64,000 nt of DNA from Rhodothermales bacterium (GTDB lineage Bacteria > Bacteroidota > Rhodothermia > Rhodothermales > Bin80). The stretch is taken from contig JAJECV010000070.1 in assembly GCA_022821875.1 (NCBI GenBank), positions 18,676 to 82,675 on the forward strand. Direction: 5' to 3'. Of this stretch, positions 54,014 to 63,206 are shown piece after piece. The first letter of the stretch is position 1, and each line of letters opens with the position of its first letter. Below the pieces are notes generated by a model. The model had not been told where the DNA came from, did not search any database, and saw only the letters and a list, made by a program, of their open reading frames with translations. A program made the position numbers and the translations under genes.

Positions 54014-54874
54014 TCACTCCTCGCCCTGGAAAACTCTCAGTCCACGCAGTGAGGCTTTCTTGTACAGGGGATCCAGTACGTCCGAAAGTGACTCCTCTGC
54101 ACGCCAGAAGGGAAACTTGCCCAGACGTTTCGGCAATGCCGCCGGTGCAGGCGGAGTACGGACGACTCCGTAAAAATCATCAGGCAACGCCCCCTCCTCC
54201 CAGAAATCATCCCCCAGCCTCAGCGGAACCGATGCATGGGCTGTTTCTTCTGCCTCATCCGAATCTTCCTTTTTCACCGCCTTGGCTCCGGTGATTTCGT
54301 AGAGGAACTGTTCGCGGGTGATTCCGCGCAGCTCAAAAAGCAGAAACGGGTCACGGTCAAATTCTTCCGCCAACAAATAAATGACCGCCGCAATGTGCTT
54401 ACATGGATTCGACCAGTCTGGACAATCACACTCCATCTTCAGATCGTTCCGGGGCTCGGGTAAAAGCGGCATCCCGTGCTCTTTCATAATCCGCTCAAAG
54501 TCCTCCGGGATCTCACCCGACAGAAGCCGTGCCACATAGAAAGGCTGCTGCCGCAAAGATTCTGCCAGTTTTTTCCATTCTGTACGCTTGTAGACCTTTA
54601 GTTTAATCTCAAGATCATACGATCCGCTGCGGGAGCCCTGAACTGCAGAATCCACCTTCCCCTTCAAAATGTCAATGTACAGCACCTGCCCTCTGCGGGC
54701 ATAGGACTTCCCGCGCCCCAAACGGGCTCCGATGGAAAAACTCTCAAGCTTCTGAACCCAGCGGCGGCCCCACCAGGTCTGTCCAAACTCACCCCGTTTT
54801 GACTGTGCCTTGATCCCTCCCTCAACCGAGCGCGGCCGGGAAGGCGGAAAATAATAATTGTCATAGTAGGACAT
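54014..54874 (-). CDS. SWIM zinc-finger protein
   Basis: 'CDCPDWSNPCKHIAAVIYLL' (CxCxnCxH). It lies immediately downstream of the SNF2 helicase gene. Confidence 0.8.
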   Translation of the reverse strand: MSYYDNYYFPPSRPRSVEGGIKAQSKRGEFGQTWWGRRWVQKLESFSIGARLGRGKSYARRGQVLYIDILKGKVDSAVQGSRSGSYDLEIKLKVYKRTEWKKLAESLRQQPFYVARLLSGEIPEDFERIMKEHGMPLLPEPRNDLKMECDCPDWSNPCKHIAAVIYLLAEEFDRDPFLLFELRGITREQFLYEITGAKAVKKEDSDEAEETAHASVPLRLGDDFWEEGALPDDFYGVVRTPPAPAALPKRLGKFPFWRAEESLSDVLDPLYKKASLRGLRVFQGEE

Positions 54875-54912
54875 CCTTCAAATCGTCGGATTGATTTTCT
54901 ATATTCTGATCT

Positions 54913-57900
54913 CTACTGAACCGCTCCTTTTTGTAGTCGGAGTATTTTTTTAAGGTCGCGGGTAGAAAGTTCGGTAATCCACTGCTCGCCGGTCCCGACG
55001 ATACTGTCTGCAACTTCCTGCTTTTGTTCAATCATTTCGTTGATCTGTTCCTCAATGGTGCCCGTACACACGAACTTGTACACCTGCACATGCTTTTTCT
55101 GTCCGATGCGGAAGGCGCGGTCTGTCGCCTGGTTTTCCACAGCCGGGTTCCACCACCGGTCATAATGGAAGACATGGTTGGCACGCGTAAGGTTAAGGCC
55201 GGTACCTGCTGCCTTCAGTGATAAGATGAAAAATAGCGGGCCGTCTTCATCCTCCTGAAAACGCTCTACCATACGATCACGGTGTTTCTTAGGTATCCCC
55301 CCATGCAGGAACAGGGCCTCCTGCCCGAAGGTCTCCTGCAAGTGTCTTTGAAGCATGGTTCCCATTTCGGTGAACTGCGTAAAGATGAGTACCCGGTCTC
55401 CAACTTCGTAAACTTCCTCAAGCATCTCAATGAGTCGGGTTAATTTGCCAGAGCGTTCTGGAATTGCGGACCCGTCATGCAGAAACTGCGCCGGATGGTT
55501 GCAGATCTGTTTGAGTTTCATCAGTGTAGCCAGAATGAGCCCTTTGCGCTTAATCCCATCATCCTCCGCACCTTCAAGAGAGTCTGATATTTCTTTAACA
55601 ACGGCCCGATAGAGTGAACCCTGTTCCTTGGTCAGATTGGTGAAAACATTCGTTTCCTGTTTTTCAGGCAGATCATCAATGATGGTCTTGTCGGTCTTGA
55701 GGCGGCGAAGGATGAATGGTCCGGTAATTTTTTTGAGACGCTCAACCGCCTCCATATCACGATCAATCTGAATCGGGACGAAAAAACTACGTTTAAATTT
55801 TGCCTGACTGTAAAGAAAGCCCGGGTTCAGGAATTCCATGATGGACCACAACTCACCGACATTATTCTCAACCGGTGTACCTGTGAGCGCAACCCGAAAA
55901 TCACTCTGAAGTGCCCGGGCCGCCTTGGCCTGTTTGGTGTTGGGATTTTTGATGTTCTGCGCTTCGTCCAGAATCACCGCCGCCCAATTGACCTGCCCCA
56001 ATGCCTCAAAATCACGATGCAGAAGCGGGAAGCTCGTAATCACAATCGCATGCTTTTCTGCTTCTTCCTGAAACGCTTCGGATTCTTTAACACGCCGTGG
56101 ACCATGGTGCACCATGACCGGTAAGTATGGAGTAAAGTGTGCTGCTTCTTTTTGCCAGTTGCCCATCACAGAGGTTGGACATACCACAAGCACCGGACGC
56201 TGATCGTTCGTTTCCCAGTTATGCTGAATGAAGACCAGGGTTTGAGGAGTTTTCCCCAAACCCATATCATCAGCCAGACAGGCTCCAAAGCCCCAGCGCT
56301 GCAAAAATGCCAGCCATGCGTAGCCACGAGACTGATAAGGCCGCAGCGTACCCTCAAACTGAGCCGGAACAGGAATCTCTTCTATCTCTGCACCGTGCTC
56401 CAGGGAATCTAGCAGATCCCCGACCCATCCCGTCGCCTCCACCCCTTCAAAGGGCAATATCTCCGGGGTTTCGGCGAGCCCCAGTGCCATGTGCACGACA
56501 TCACGGACCGTAACCGATTGACTCCGGCTTTTCTTCTTCCAGAAATCAATCGCTTCCTGAATGGCTCTGGCATCAAACTGTACCCATTGCCCCCGAATTT
56601 TTACGAGAGGCATTTTCATCTCGGCCAGGGTTTCCAGTTCCTGAAGTGTGAGTTTTTCATTTCCCAGCGCAATCTTCCAGTCAAACTCGACAACCTTGTC
56701 AAGAGAAAGACTTCCGGCACTCTTCATTGCTGGAGATGAAATAGAAGCACTTACCGACAGTTTATTTCGTGCACCGGCAGTGGAAGACCACCATGCAGGA
56801 AGCTGTACTGTATACCCCGCCTGCTGTAACAGCCAGGCGGTTTCTGTCAAAAACACATAGGCCCCTGCAGTGTCAAGGATCGCACCGCCTGGACGGGGCT
56901 GCTTCAGGCTTTCTTCAAGAACTGGATCCAGACTGGAGACATGTCCAAGTGAGGTGAGGAGATATTCCTGAATATTTGCCTGTCGCTTGGCAAGAATTGA
57001 CTTTGTTTGTTTTCCTGGATCCCAGGCATCTGCCACCTCAATAAACAAACTGGGATCGTCTACTGCGTTCAACAGATAGCGTACGTACCATAGATCTGTA
57101 GCCTCTTGTTCTTCGGGCTCTTCAAGTCGAAAACTGAGACGGAACGGAGCAATGGCTGAAACTGAGATTGAGCGCCGCCAGGCCCTGATTTGCCCGGCCA
57201 AATGCTCCAATTCTTCGGTTCCGCCTGACATGCTCCCATTCCAGATACGCAGGGCTTGGATCCACTGATCATGTACACTCGCAAACGACTTTTTACTGGC
57301 CTTACGTGAGCGGGTACGCGCCGGCCGTTTCTCCATCCAGGACAAGCGTACCAAGTAGTCAACGAACCTATTCACGACCTTTGATACAACCGAGATGGAT
57401 GATTCTCCCGGGGCTTTCTTCGCCTTGTGACTCAATGCCCTGCAAACCTGGGGCATCACCCCGGCGAGTGTAGTAAGCTTGTCAGAGTCATTGCTGAGAA
57501 AAACCGGCTCCCATACTGCCTGAAACTCTCCATCCTGTTCCCCCACGCCCGGCAGAAACTGCTCTCTGGTTACCAGCGCACTGGTAAAGCGTAATACTTT
57601 TTTGAAGAAGCGTATATCCGAACCAAGGATCACACCTGGAGCGAGCATTTCCTTACCATAACAGGTGGCCAGAAAATGAAACGCCTCATCATCAGATAAA
57701 GCAATCGCAGTGATGCGCCAGGGTGCCAGTACCGGATCTGTATCTTCAGGTGGAGTGTCTGCAATCAACGGACTTGAGGGCAGGGGAACGCCATCCCACG
57801 CAGGCAGCCACATATGCAGGGGAACTGCTCTTTTGACCTGAAGACGAAGACCGCCCTCGGAGGCCGCACTCACCAGTGCCTTTGCCGTCGTATTGTAGGG

Positions 57901-58011
57901 GAGACTTGGTGATGAACCCGCTTTGGGTTTTATTTTACGTCCAGGAGGCGTTTCGCCCCACAGGAACAACTGCCCATCACAGGCACCAAGATGAAGAATG
58001 ACCATTTTCAA
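54913..58011 (-). CDS. SNF2-family helicase/ATPase
   Basis: Motif I 'LADDMGLGKT', II 'ILDEAQNIKN', III 'LTGTPVEN', VI 'QATDRAFRIGQ', plus a long N-terminal accessory region. Confidence 0.9.
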   Translation of the reverse strand: MKMVILHLGACDGQLFLWGETPPGRKIKPKAGSSPSLPYNTTAKALVSAASEGGLRLQVKRAVPLHMWLPAWDGVPLPSSPLIADTPPEDTDPVLAPWRITAIALSDDEAFHFLATCYGKEMLAPGVILGSDIRFFKKVLRFTSALVTREQFLPGVGEQDGEFQAVWEPVFLSNDSDKLTTLAGVMPQVCRALSHKAKKAPGESSISVVSKVVNRFVDYLVRLSWMEKRPARTRSRKASKKSFASVHDQWIQALRIWNGSMSGGTEELEHLAGQIRAWRRSISVSAIAPFRLSFRLEEPEEQEATDLWYVRYLLNAVDDPSLFIEVADAWDPGKQTKSILAKRQANIQEYLLTSLGHVSSLDPVLEESLKQPRPGGAILDTAGAYVFLTETAWLLQQAGYTVQLPAWWSSTAGARNKLSVSASISSPAMKSAGSLSLDKVVEFDWKIALGNEKLTLQELETLAEMKMPLVKIRGQWVQFDARAIQEAIDFWKKKSRSQSVTVRDVVHMALGLAETPEILPFEGVEATGWVGDLLDSLEHGAEIEEIPVPAQFEGTLRPYQSRGYAWLAFLQRWGFGACLADDMGLGKTPQTLVFIQHNWETNDQRPVLVVCPTSVMGNWQKEAAHFTPYLPVMVHHGPRRVKESEAFQEEAEKHAIVITSFPLLHRDFEALGQVNWAAVILDEAQNIKNPNTKQAKAARALQSDFRVALTGTPVENNVGELWSIMEFLNPGFLYSQAKFKRSFFVPIQIDRDMEAVERLKKITGPFILRRLKTDKTIIDDLPEKQETNVFTNLTKEQGSLYRAVVKEISDSLEGAEDDGIKRKGLILATLMKLKQICNHPAQFLHDGSAIPERSGKLTRLIEMLEEVYEVGDRVLIFTQFTEMGTMLQRHLQETFGQEALFLHGGIPKKHRDRMVERFQEDEDGPLFFILSLKAAGTGLNLTRANHVFHYDRWWNPAVENQATDRAFRIGQKKHVQVYKFVCTGTIEEQINEMIEQKQEVADSIVGTGEQWITELSTRDLKKILRLQKGAVQ

Positions 58012-59126
58012 ATCTTTACCAGACCGAAGGGCAAATCTACGAAAATTCCCCTAAAATCACACCTTCGTTACCCGGCATGCTCTGGTGGGGGTGATTTTCG
58101 GCCGATTGTGCCCAATGCCTTCGCAATGTCGCAATTCATTGCAGACACCTCCCCCCTTCGGTGTGGATCTCCGGATAGATACAGATTGAGGGCAGTGTAC
58201 ACAGCAGATTGAACCGTGGCGATTCTTCGCAACAATTTCGAAAACACTGACAACACCATCTGAGGGGACTCTCAGATGATTTCCTCAAAAGTGGACATAA
58301 ACGCAAGAGATATGCGCCGTCACCTATTTCTATTACCTTGCCATTTAGGGGATATTGGAACTTGAGCGTCCTCACCTCTCAAATGTGCTGGATCTGAAAG
58401 ACGAGGGCCGGAACGGGGAATCTCAATGCCCATCTCTTTCAACCTGTTTTCCATGTCATTCGCAATTCTTGCAAAATCCATATTAAAATGTTTTCCAGCT
58501 TGCGAAATGCTTTTGTGTTGTTGGTCAATCCTGTTCATGGTCTTCCATTGGTCGTTTACTCTGAGCTATTCTAACTAAGGAGAACTTTTGTGCTGTCTCC
58601 ACGTAGTCAACGATGAATGCGTGGAGTTCGTTCACGATTTTCCCAAATTCCGGGGGAGCCTCCTTGTCAAAATCCTTGATCTTTAAGCCAATCTCATTCT
58701 GCAGTGTTTGCATTGAAATCCCGCGAGAATGGGCATGCCACCTTTTCGTGTTGTTCAATTCCTAGAACCCAGGCTTTATCCACAGACCGCTAGGTGCAAT
58801 TTCAATCTGAATCTACGCCCATTGCGGAACTCACTGCTGATTGTCATTTAGTCCTCTGCTCTTCCGCAAAACCTCCTTACCTTTATGGGGTTGATCAAGG
58901 GTCACGGACACCTAACGCAACTATGAGAGTGAAACAAACAGAAACAACAAAAACCACTCCTCATACTGTGGTACCCTGACAATGCCAGTTCCCATCCCAT
59001 CTATGGCAGATAGGACATCTGGAAATGGCAAATTGCGCATATATGTCAGGCTAACCGTATATTCTCCGATTGTACTATGTTGCTGTTAATCTCTTATGGT
59101 GCCCACTCTAACGACCAGCATCGTTC

Positions 59127-60224
59127 ATGAATTCTGACCAGAATACTGATTCTAACTCCAGACTACCCGTCAAGGTATTTGATTTCTTCTCTGGCTGTGG
59201 TGGAGCCAGTCAGGGATTTCAAAATGCCGGAATGGAGATCACGTTTGCCCTCGATTGGGATCAAGACGCGAAACAAACCTTCCAGCAGAATTTCCCGGCA
59301 GCAACCTTTATTGCACAGGACATCCGACAAGTCAGTGAAGGCGCAATCCGCGAACTCGTTGATCAGGCAAGACCTAATCCAATCATGTTTTGTGGTTGTG
59401 CTCCATGCCAGCCATTCTCAAATCAAAATACCAACCGCCAGCAGTCGGATGAGGACGAACGAATCCCTCTAATTCTTGAATTTTTACGCTTCATCCAAAA
59501 GTACAGACCTGATATTGTCTTCGTAGAGAATGTGCCAGGGATTCAGAACGTCAGACCAGAATCAGAGCCGCTTAGCAAATTCCTGCAAGGCCTGAAAGAT
59601 GCGGGCTATAGTCTCCCGACATATGCTTCAGTTCCCCTGAAGCGATATGGGATTCCACAAAGCCGACGAAGGTTTCTGCTCTTGGCAAGTCTACATGGCC
59701 ACTTAAATCTGCCTCCGGAAACCCATGGTTCTGGAACGGAAAATCCAGATTTTGATACCGTAAGAGACTGGATTGGTGACCTTCCTAAAATTGCTGCCGG
59801 CGAACTACATCCTCATGTTCCTGATCACCAGTCTGCGGGTTTATCCGCCCGGAATCTAGAGCGTATTCAGTCCACTCCTGAGGGTGGGGGCAATCAAGAT
59901 TGGCCCGATCATCTTCGACTTAATTGTCATCGTTCATTTAGGGGATATGCAGATGTATACGGCCGGATGTCTTGGAATCAACTAGCGCCAACACTTACAA
60001 CACGATGCATTAATTACTCCAATGGCCGTTTTGGTCATCCCGAACAGGACCGTGCGATCAGCGTCCGTGAAGCGGCGTGCATCCAAACTTTCCCTATGGA
60101 GTTTTCATTTTCAGGTAGTATGAACTCAAAGGCGCGCCAGATTGGGAATGCAGTTCCAGTGAGATTTGCTGAAACCGCTGGACTTCATATTGAGAGACAT
60201 TTAACAGAAATGGGGGTACACTAA
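59127..60224 (+). CDS. DNA (cytosine-5)-methyltransferase
   Basis: Motif I 'VFDFFSGCGGASQGF', IV 'CGCAPCQPFS', VI 'ENVPGI', X 'QIGNAVPV'. Confidence 0.9.
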   Translation: MNSDQNTDSNSRLPVKVFDFFSGCGGASQGFQNAGMEITFALDWDQDAKQTFQQNFPAATFIAQDIRQVSEGAIRELVDQARPNPIMFCGCAPCQPFSNQNTNRQQSDEDERIPLILEFLRFIQKYRPDIVFVENVPGIQNVRPESEPLSKFLQGLKDAGYSLPTYASVPLKRYGIPQSRRRFLLLASLHGHLNLPPETHGSGTENPDFDTVRDWIGDLPKIAAGELHPHVPDHQSAGLSARNLERIQSTPEGGGNQDWPDHLRLNCHRSFRGYADVYGRMSWNQLAPTLTTRCINYSNGRFGHPEQDRAISVREAACIQTFPMEFSFSGSMNSKARQIGNAVPVRFAETAGLHIERHLTEMGVH

Positions 60225-60227
60225 ATT

Positions 60228-63206
60228 ATGGATGTGAATTTCAAGGCCGCTGCCCGAACGTTAGACATGCTGGGTAGACAGCAAATTGCAGGGATTCCCA
60301 CTGCAATCTCCGAACTGTTCAAGAACGCACATGATGCGGATGCAGAGAGGGTGGAGGCAGACTATTTTCGCAAGGAGAAGCTTCTCGTGATCCGGGATGA
60401 TGGATTCGGTATGGAGTTAGAGGAATTCAAAGATAGATGGCTCACAATCGCCACAGATACCAGTATCAAGCGGAAGCAAAAAAAAGATCAGGGCTATACC
60501 TCCGTCAAGTCAAAAAGGCCCGTATTAGGAGAAAAAGGGATCGGTCGTCTGGCTATCGCAACCATTGCCCCCCAGGTATTAGTCCTTACACGTGCCAAGC
60601 GTAACGGCAAACTGTCAGATCTAACCGCCGCCTTTTTGAATTGGGAATTCTTTAAGTGTGTGGAACTGAACCTTGAGGATATTCGGATTCCACTCCGAAC
60701 ATTTCCTGGGGGTATTTTACCTGATGCTGGGGATATAGAAGGTATGGTTCGGGACTTTCGAGATAGGAACATCAGTCTACGAGAACGTATTGATTCTGGG
60801 CAGTGGGACGAAATAGAAGCAAATCTCCAGAATTTCAACATAAACCCCCAAGAACTTTGCCGACGCTTTGGAGGACCTTCGCTTCTGAACCAAGGTCACG
60901 GTACTCATTTCTACCTTCTGCCCACAGATGAAAATCTAGACTACGATATAGACGGGAATCCCCGTTCCGATGAAGCAGCACCGCTTCAGAAATCTCTACT
61001 GGCATTCACCACACCTCCATTTGGTACTGAGGAGAACACTGTCATCCAAACCGCATTCCGAGTACACAATACGGATGGAACTTGGAATGATCTTATTGGA
61101 CCCAATGAGTTTTTCACTGACTCTGAATATCAAAATGCCGACCATCGAATCTGGGGACGATTTGATAATTGGGGGCAATTCAAGGGCAATGTGTCGATCT
61201 ATGGCGAAGCAATAAAAGATCATATAATCAACTGGAGTGGGCGTAATCGGGGAGAAAAGACCAAATGCGGCCCTTTTCGCATTAAATTTGCCGCCATTGA
61301 AGGCCTAGCAAGACATTCCACTATACCCTCCACTGAACATACTCGTATGATAGCTAAGACCCGAAAAATCGGAGGCTTATACATCTACCGTGACGGAGTA
61401 CGTATTCAGCCCTATGGGAATACAGACTACGATTGGCTTGACATCGAACTTCGGCGCACGAAGAGTGCATCCTACTACTATTTCTCCTACCGGCAGATGT
61501 TTGGAATTGTAGAAATAGACTCCGTTAACAACAAACACCTCAGCGAGAAGGCCGGCCGAGAAGGGTTTAGAGAAAATCTGGCATATCGTCAGATGCGAGA
61601 TATTCTGAAAAGTTTTCTTGTCCAGATTGCTGCCGATTTCTTCCGTGAGGAAGGATTCCGAGCCGACCTCTTCACCGGTCGGAAGCGAGAACTGGAAGAA
61701 GCTGAACGACATCGTCAAGCCAGAAAGAAGAAGGTTACCGCGAAGCGGAGCAAGTTCAAGAGTGATTTGGATGGTTTCTTTGAGAAAATAGAGCAGCAGA
61801 CTCCACATGAATCAGCCCTGAAACTGATGATAGATGTTGAAGAACGGGTTCGGCAAGCAGCGGAAAATGAGAATCACAAGCTTGCTGCTATCCAAATCCT
61901 AGCAATAGAACGTTTGGCTAGGATCTCACTGAAGGAATTGGAAGACGGCTATCGAATTACTAAGCCAAGGATAGGACTCAGCAAGCGTCTGGCAAGGGAA
62001 TGGAGCAACTATCAAGAAACATTTGAGGAGTTCCGAGTGGAGGTTGGTAATGTTCGAGATACAATTGAAAGTACCATTACTGAGGAGTTAGACAAGATTG
62101 GGGTAAATGTGGAAGTCAGAGAGCGCATGGAATCAGTTCTAAAGGATGCTGCAAGAAAAGCCAGACAAAAAACGAAAGCAGAGCGTCGGGAAATTGAGGC
62201 GAGGGTTGCGCTTATTTCTGACACTGCCCGAAAGTTGACGAAGGAGTGCGTCCAGAATGTTGAAACGACCATTCGCAATGTAATGACGCAGTTTAGCCAG
62301 CGAGACTTTTCCGGCCGTGATCAGCAGCAGTTCATTGCGGAGCGTACTTCTATGGAAACACAGATCCTGGATGCCGAAAAAGAAGCACTGCAAAAACTGG
62401 AATCTCTTCGGATTCAACTCGAAGCGATCAACCTTGAAGATGATGCATCCATTGTTGATGAACTCGTTGCGATTGAAGAAAGCAACATCGCACTGAAGGA
62501 ACAGGCTGCGATTGATCTCCATCTTGCCCAGATTGGTATGGCAATTGAAATTATAGGCCATGAGTTCGGTGCTGCAACCCAGGCGGTAAGATCTGGAGTT
62601 CAGGGCCTGAAGCCTTGGGCTGACTTAAATAGTGACTTAGTCCCATTATATCAAAATATCCGTAACGGATTTGAACACCTAGATGGATACCTCAGCCTCT
62701 TCACTCCACTTCAAAGGAGACTATACCGCAAGGCAGTTAACATTTATGGCTGGGAAATCTTTGAATTCATCATGCACCTCTTCGGTCCACGCTTATCGAG
62801 GCATGATATAACGCTGTCTCAAACGGATTCTTTTGCAAGCATGAAGCTCCTTGGATACCCATCCTCTTTCTTTCCTGTGTTTATTAACCTCGTGGACAAT
62901 GCTATCTACTGGCTTTCAGGTCAGAACGAACGGTTTGAACGCAAGATCCAACTGGATGCATTTGATAATGTACTGCGAGTTTCTGATTCGGGCCCGGGTG
63001 TCCATGATCGGGATAGGCATGACATTTTCAACCTTGGGTTCACGAGGAAACCTGAAGGCCGGGGAATGGGGTTATATATCGCCAAAAAAACTCTGAATGA
63101 GGTCGGTTACGACCTCATTCTTGAAGAAGAAATACCAGATTGGAATACATCATTCTTGATCATGCCAGTGGAAGACGAGGGGGGAAATGCCGGTGCCAAT
63201 GAATGA
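60228..63206 (+). CDS. 992-aa ATPase with two GHKL modules: N-terminal HATPase_c_3-like and C-terminal histidine-kinase-like core
   Basis: N-terminal module: 'ISELFKNAHDADA', 'VIRDDGFGM', 'GEKGIGRLA'. The middle is a long coiled coil. C-terminal module: H-box-like 'IEIIGHEFGAA', N-box 'INLVDNAIYW', G1 'VSDSGPGV', G2 'EGRGMGLYIAKK'. Confidence 0.7.
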   Translation: MDVNFKAAARTLDMLGRQQIAGIPTAISELFKNAHDADAERVEADYFRKEKLLVIRDDGFGMELEEFKDRWLTIATDTSIKRKQKKDQGYTSVKSKRPVLGEKGIGRLAIATIAPQVLVLTRAKRNGKLSDLTAAFLNWEFFKCVELNLEDIRIPLRTFPGGILPDAGDIEGMVRDFRDRNISLRERIDSGQWDEIEANLQNFNINPQELCRRFGGPSLLNQGHGTHFYLLPTDENLDYDIDGNPRSDEAAPLQKSLLAFTTPPFGTEENTVIQTAFRVHNTDGTWNDLIGPNEFFTDSEYQNADHRIWGRFDNWGQFKGNVSIYGEAIKDHIINWSGRNRGEKTKCGPFRIKFAAIEGLARHSTIPSTEHTRMIAKTRKIGGLYIYRDGVRIQPYGNTDYDWLDIELRRTKSASYYYFSYRQMFGIVEIDSVNNKHLSEKAGREGFRENLAYRQMRDILKSFLVQIAADFFREEGFRADLFTGRKRELEEAERHRQARKKKVTAKRSKFKSDLDGFFEKIEQQTPHESALKLMIDVEERVRQAAENENHKLAAIQILAIERLARISLKELEDGYRITKPRIGLSKRLAREWSNYQETFEEFRVEVGNVRDTIESTITEELDKIGVNVEVRERMESVLKDAARKARQKTKAERREIEARVALISDTARKLTKECVQNVETTIRNVMTQFSQRDFSGRDQQQFIAERTSMETQILDAEKEALQKLESLRIQLEAINLEDDASIVDELVAIEESNIALKEQAAIDLHLAQIGMAIEIIGHEFGAATQAVRSGVQGLKPWADLNSDLVPLYQNIRNGFEHLDGYLSLFTPLQRRLYRKAVNIYGWEIFEFIMHLFGPRLSRHDITLSQTDSFASMKLLGYPSSFFPVFINLVDNAIYWLSGQNERFERKIQLDAFDNVLRVSDSGPGVHDRDRHDIFNLGFTRKPEGRGMGLYIAKKTLNEVGYDLILEEEIPDWNTSFLIMPVEDEGGNAGANE

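Noticed and set aside
54014-58011. SNF2 helicase as DrmD of a DISARM system, or as part of BREX
   Set aside because: None of the defining partners (DUF1998, a PLD nuclease, PglZ, BrxC-type ATPase) is adjacent. The neighbouring MTases belong to their own operons.
58320-58758. Two small overlapping minus-strand ORFs (77 and 72 aa) in the 1.1-kb gap before the third C5-MTase, considered as a toxin-antitoxin pair
   Set aside because: No toxin or antitoxin motif could be recognised. They may be real small genes or a frameshifted remnant, and the evidence is insufficient to call either.
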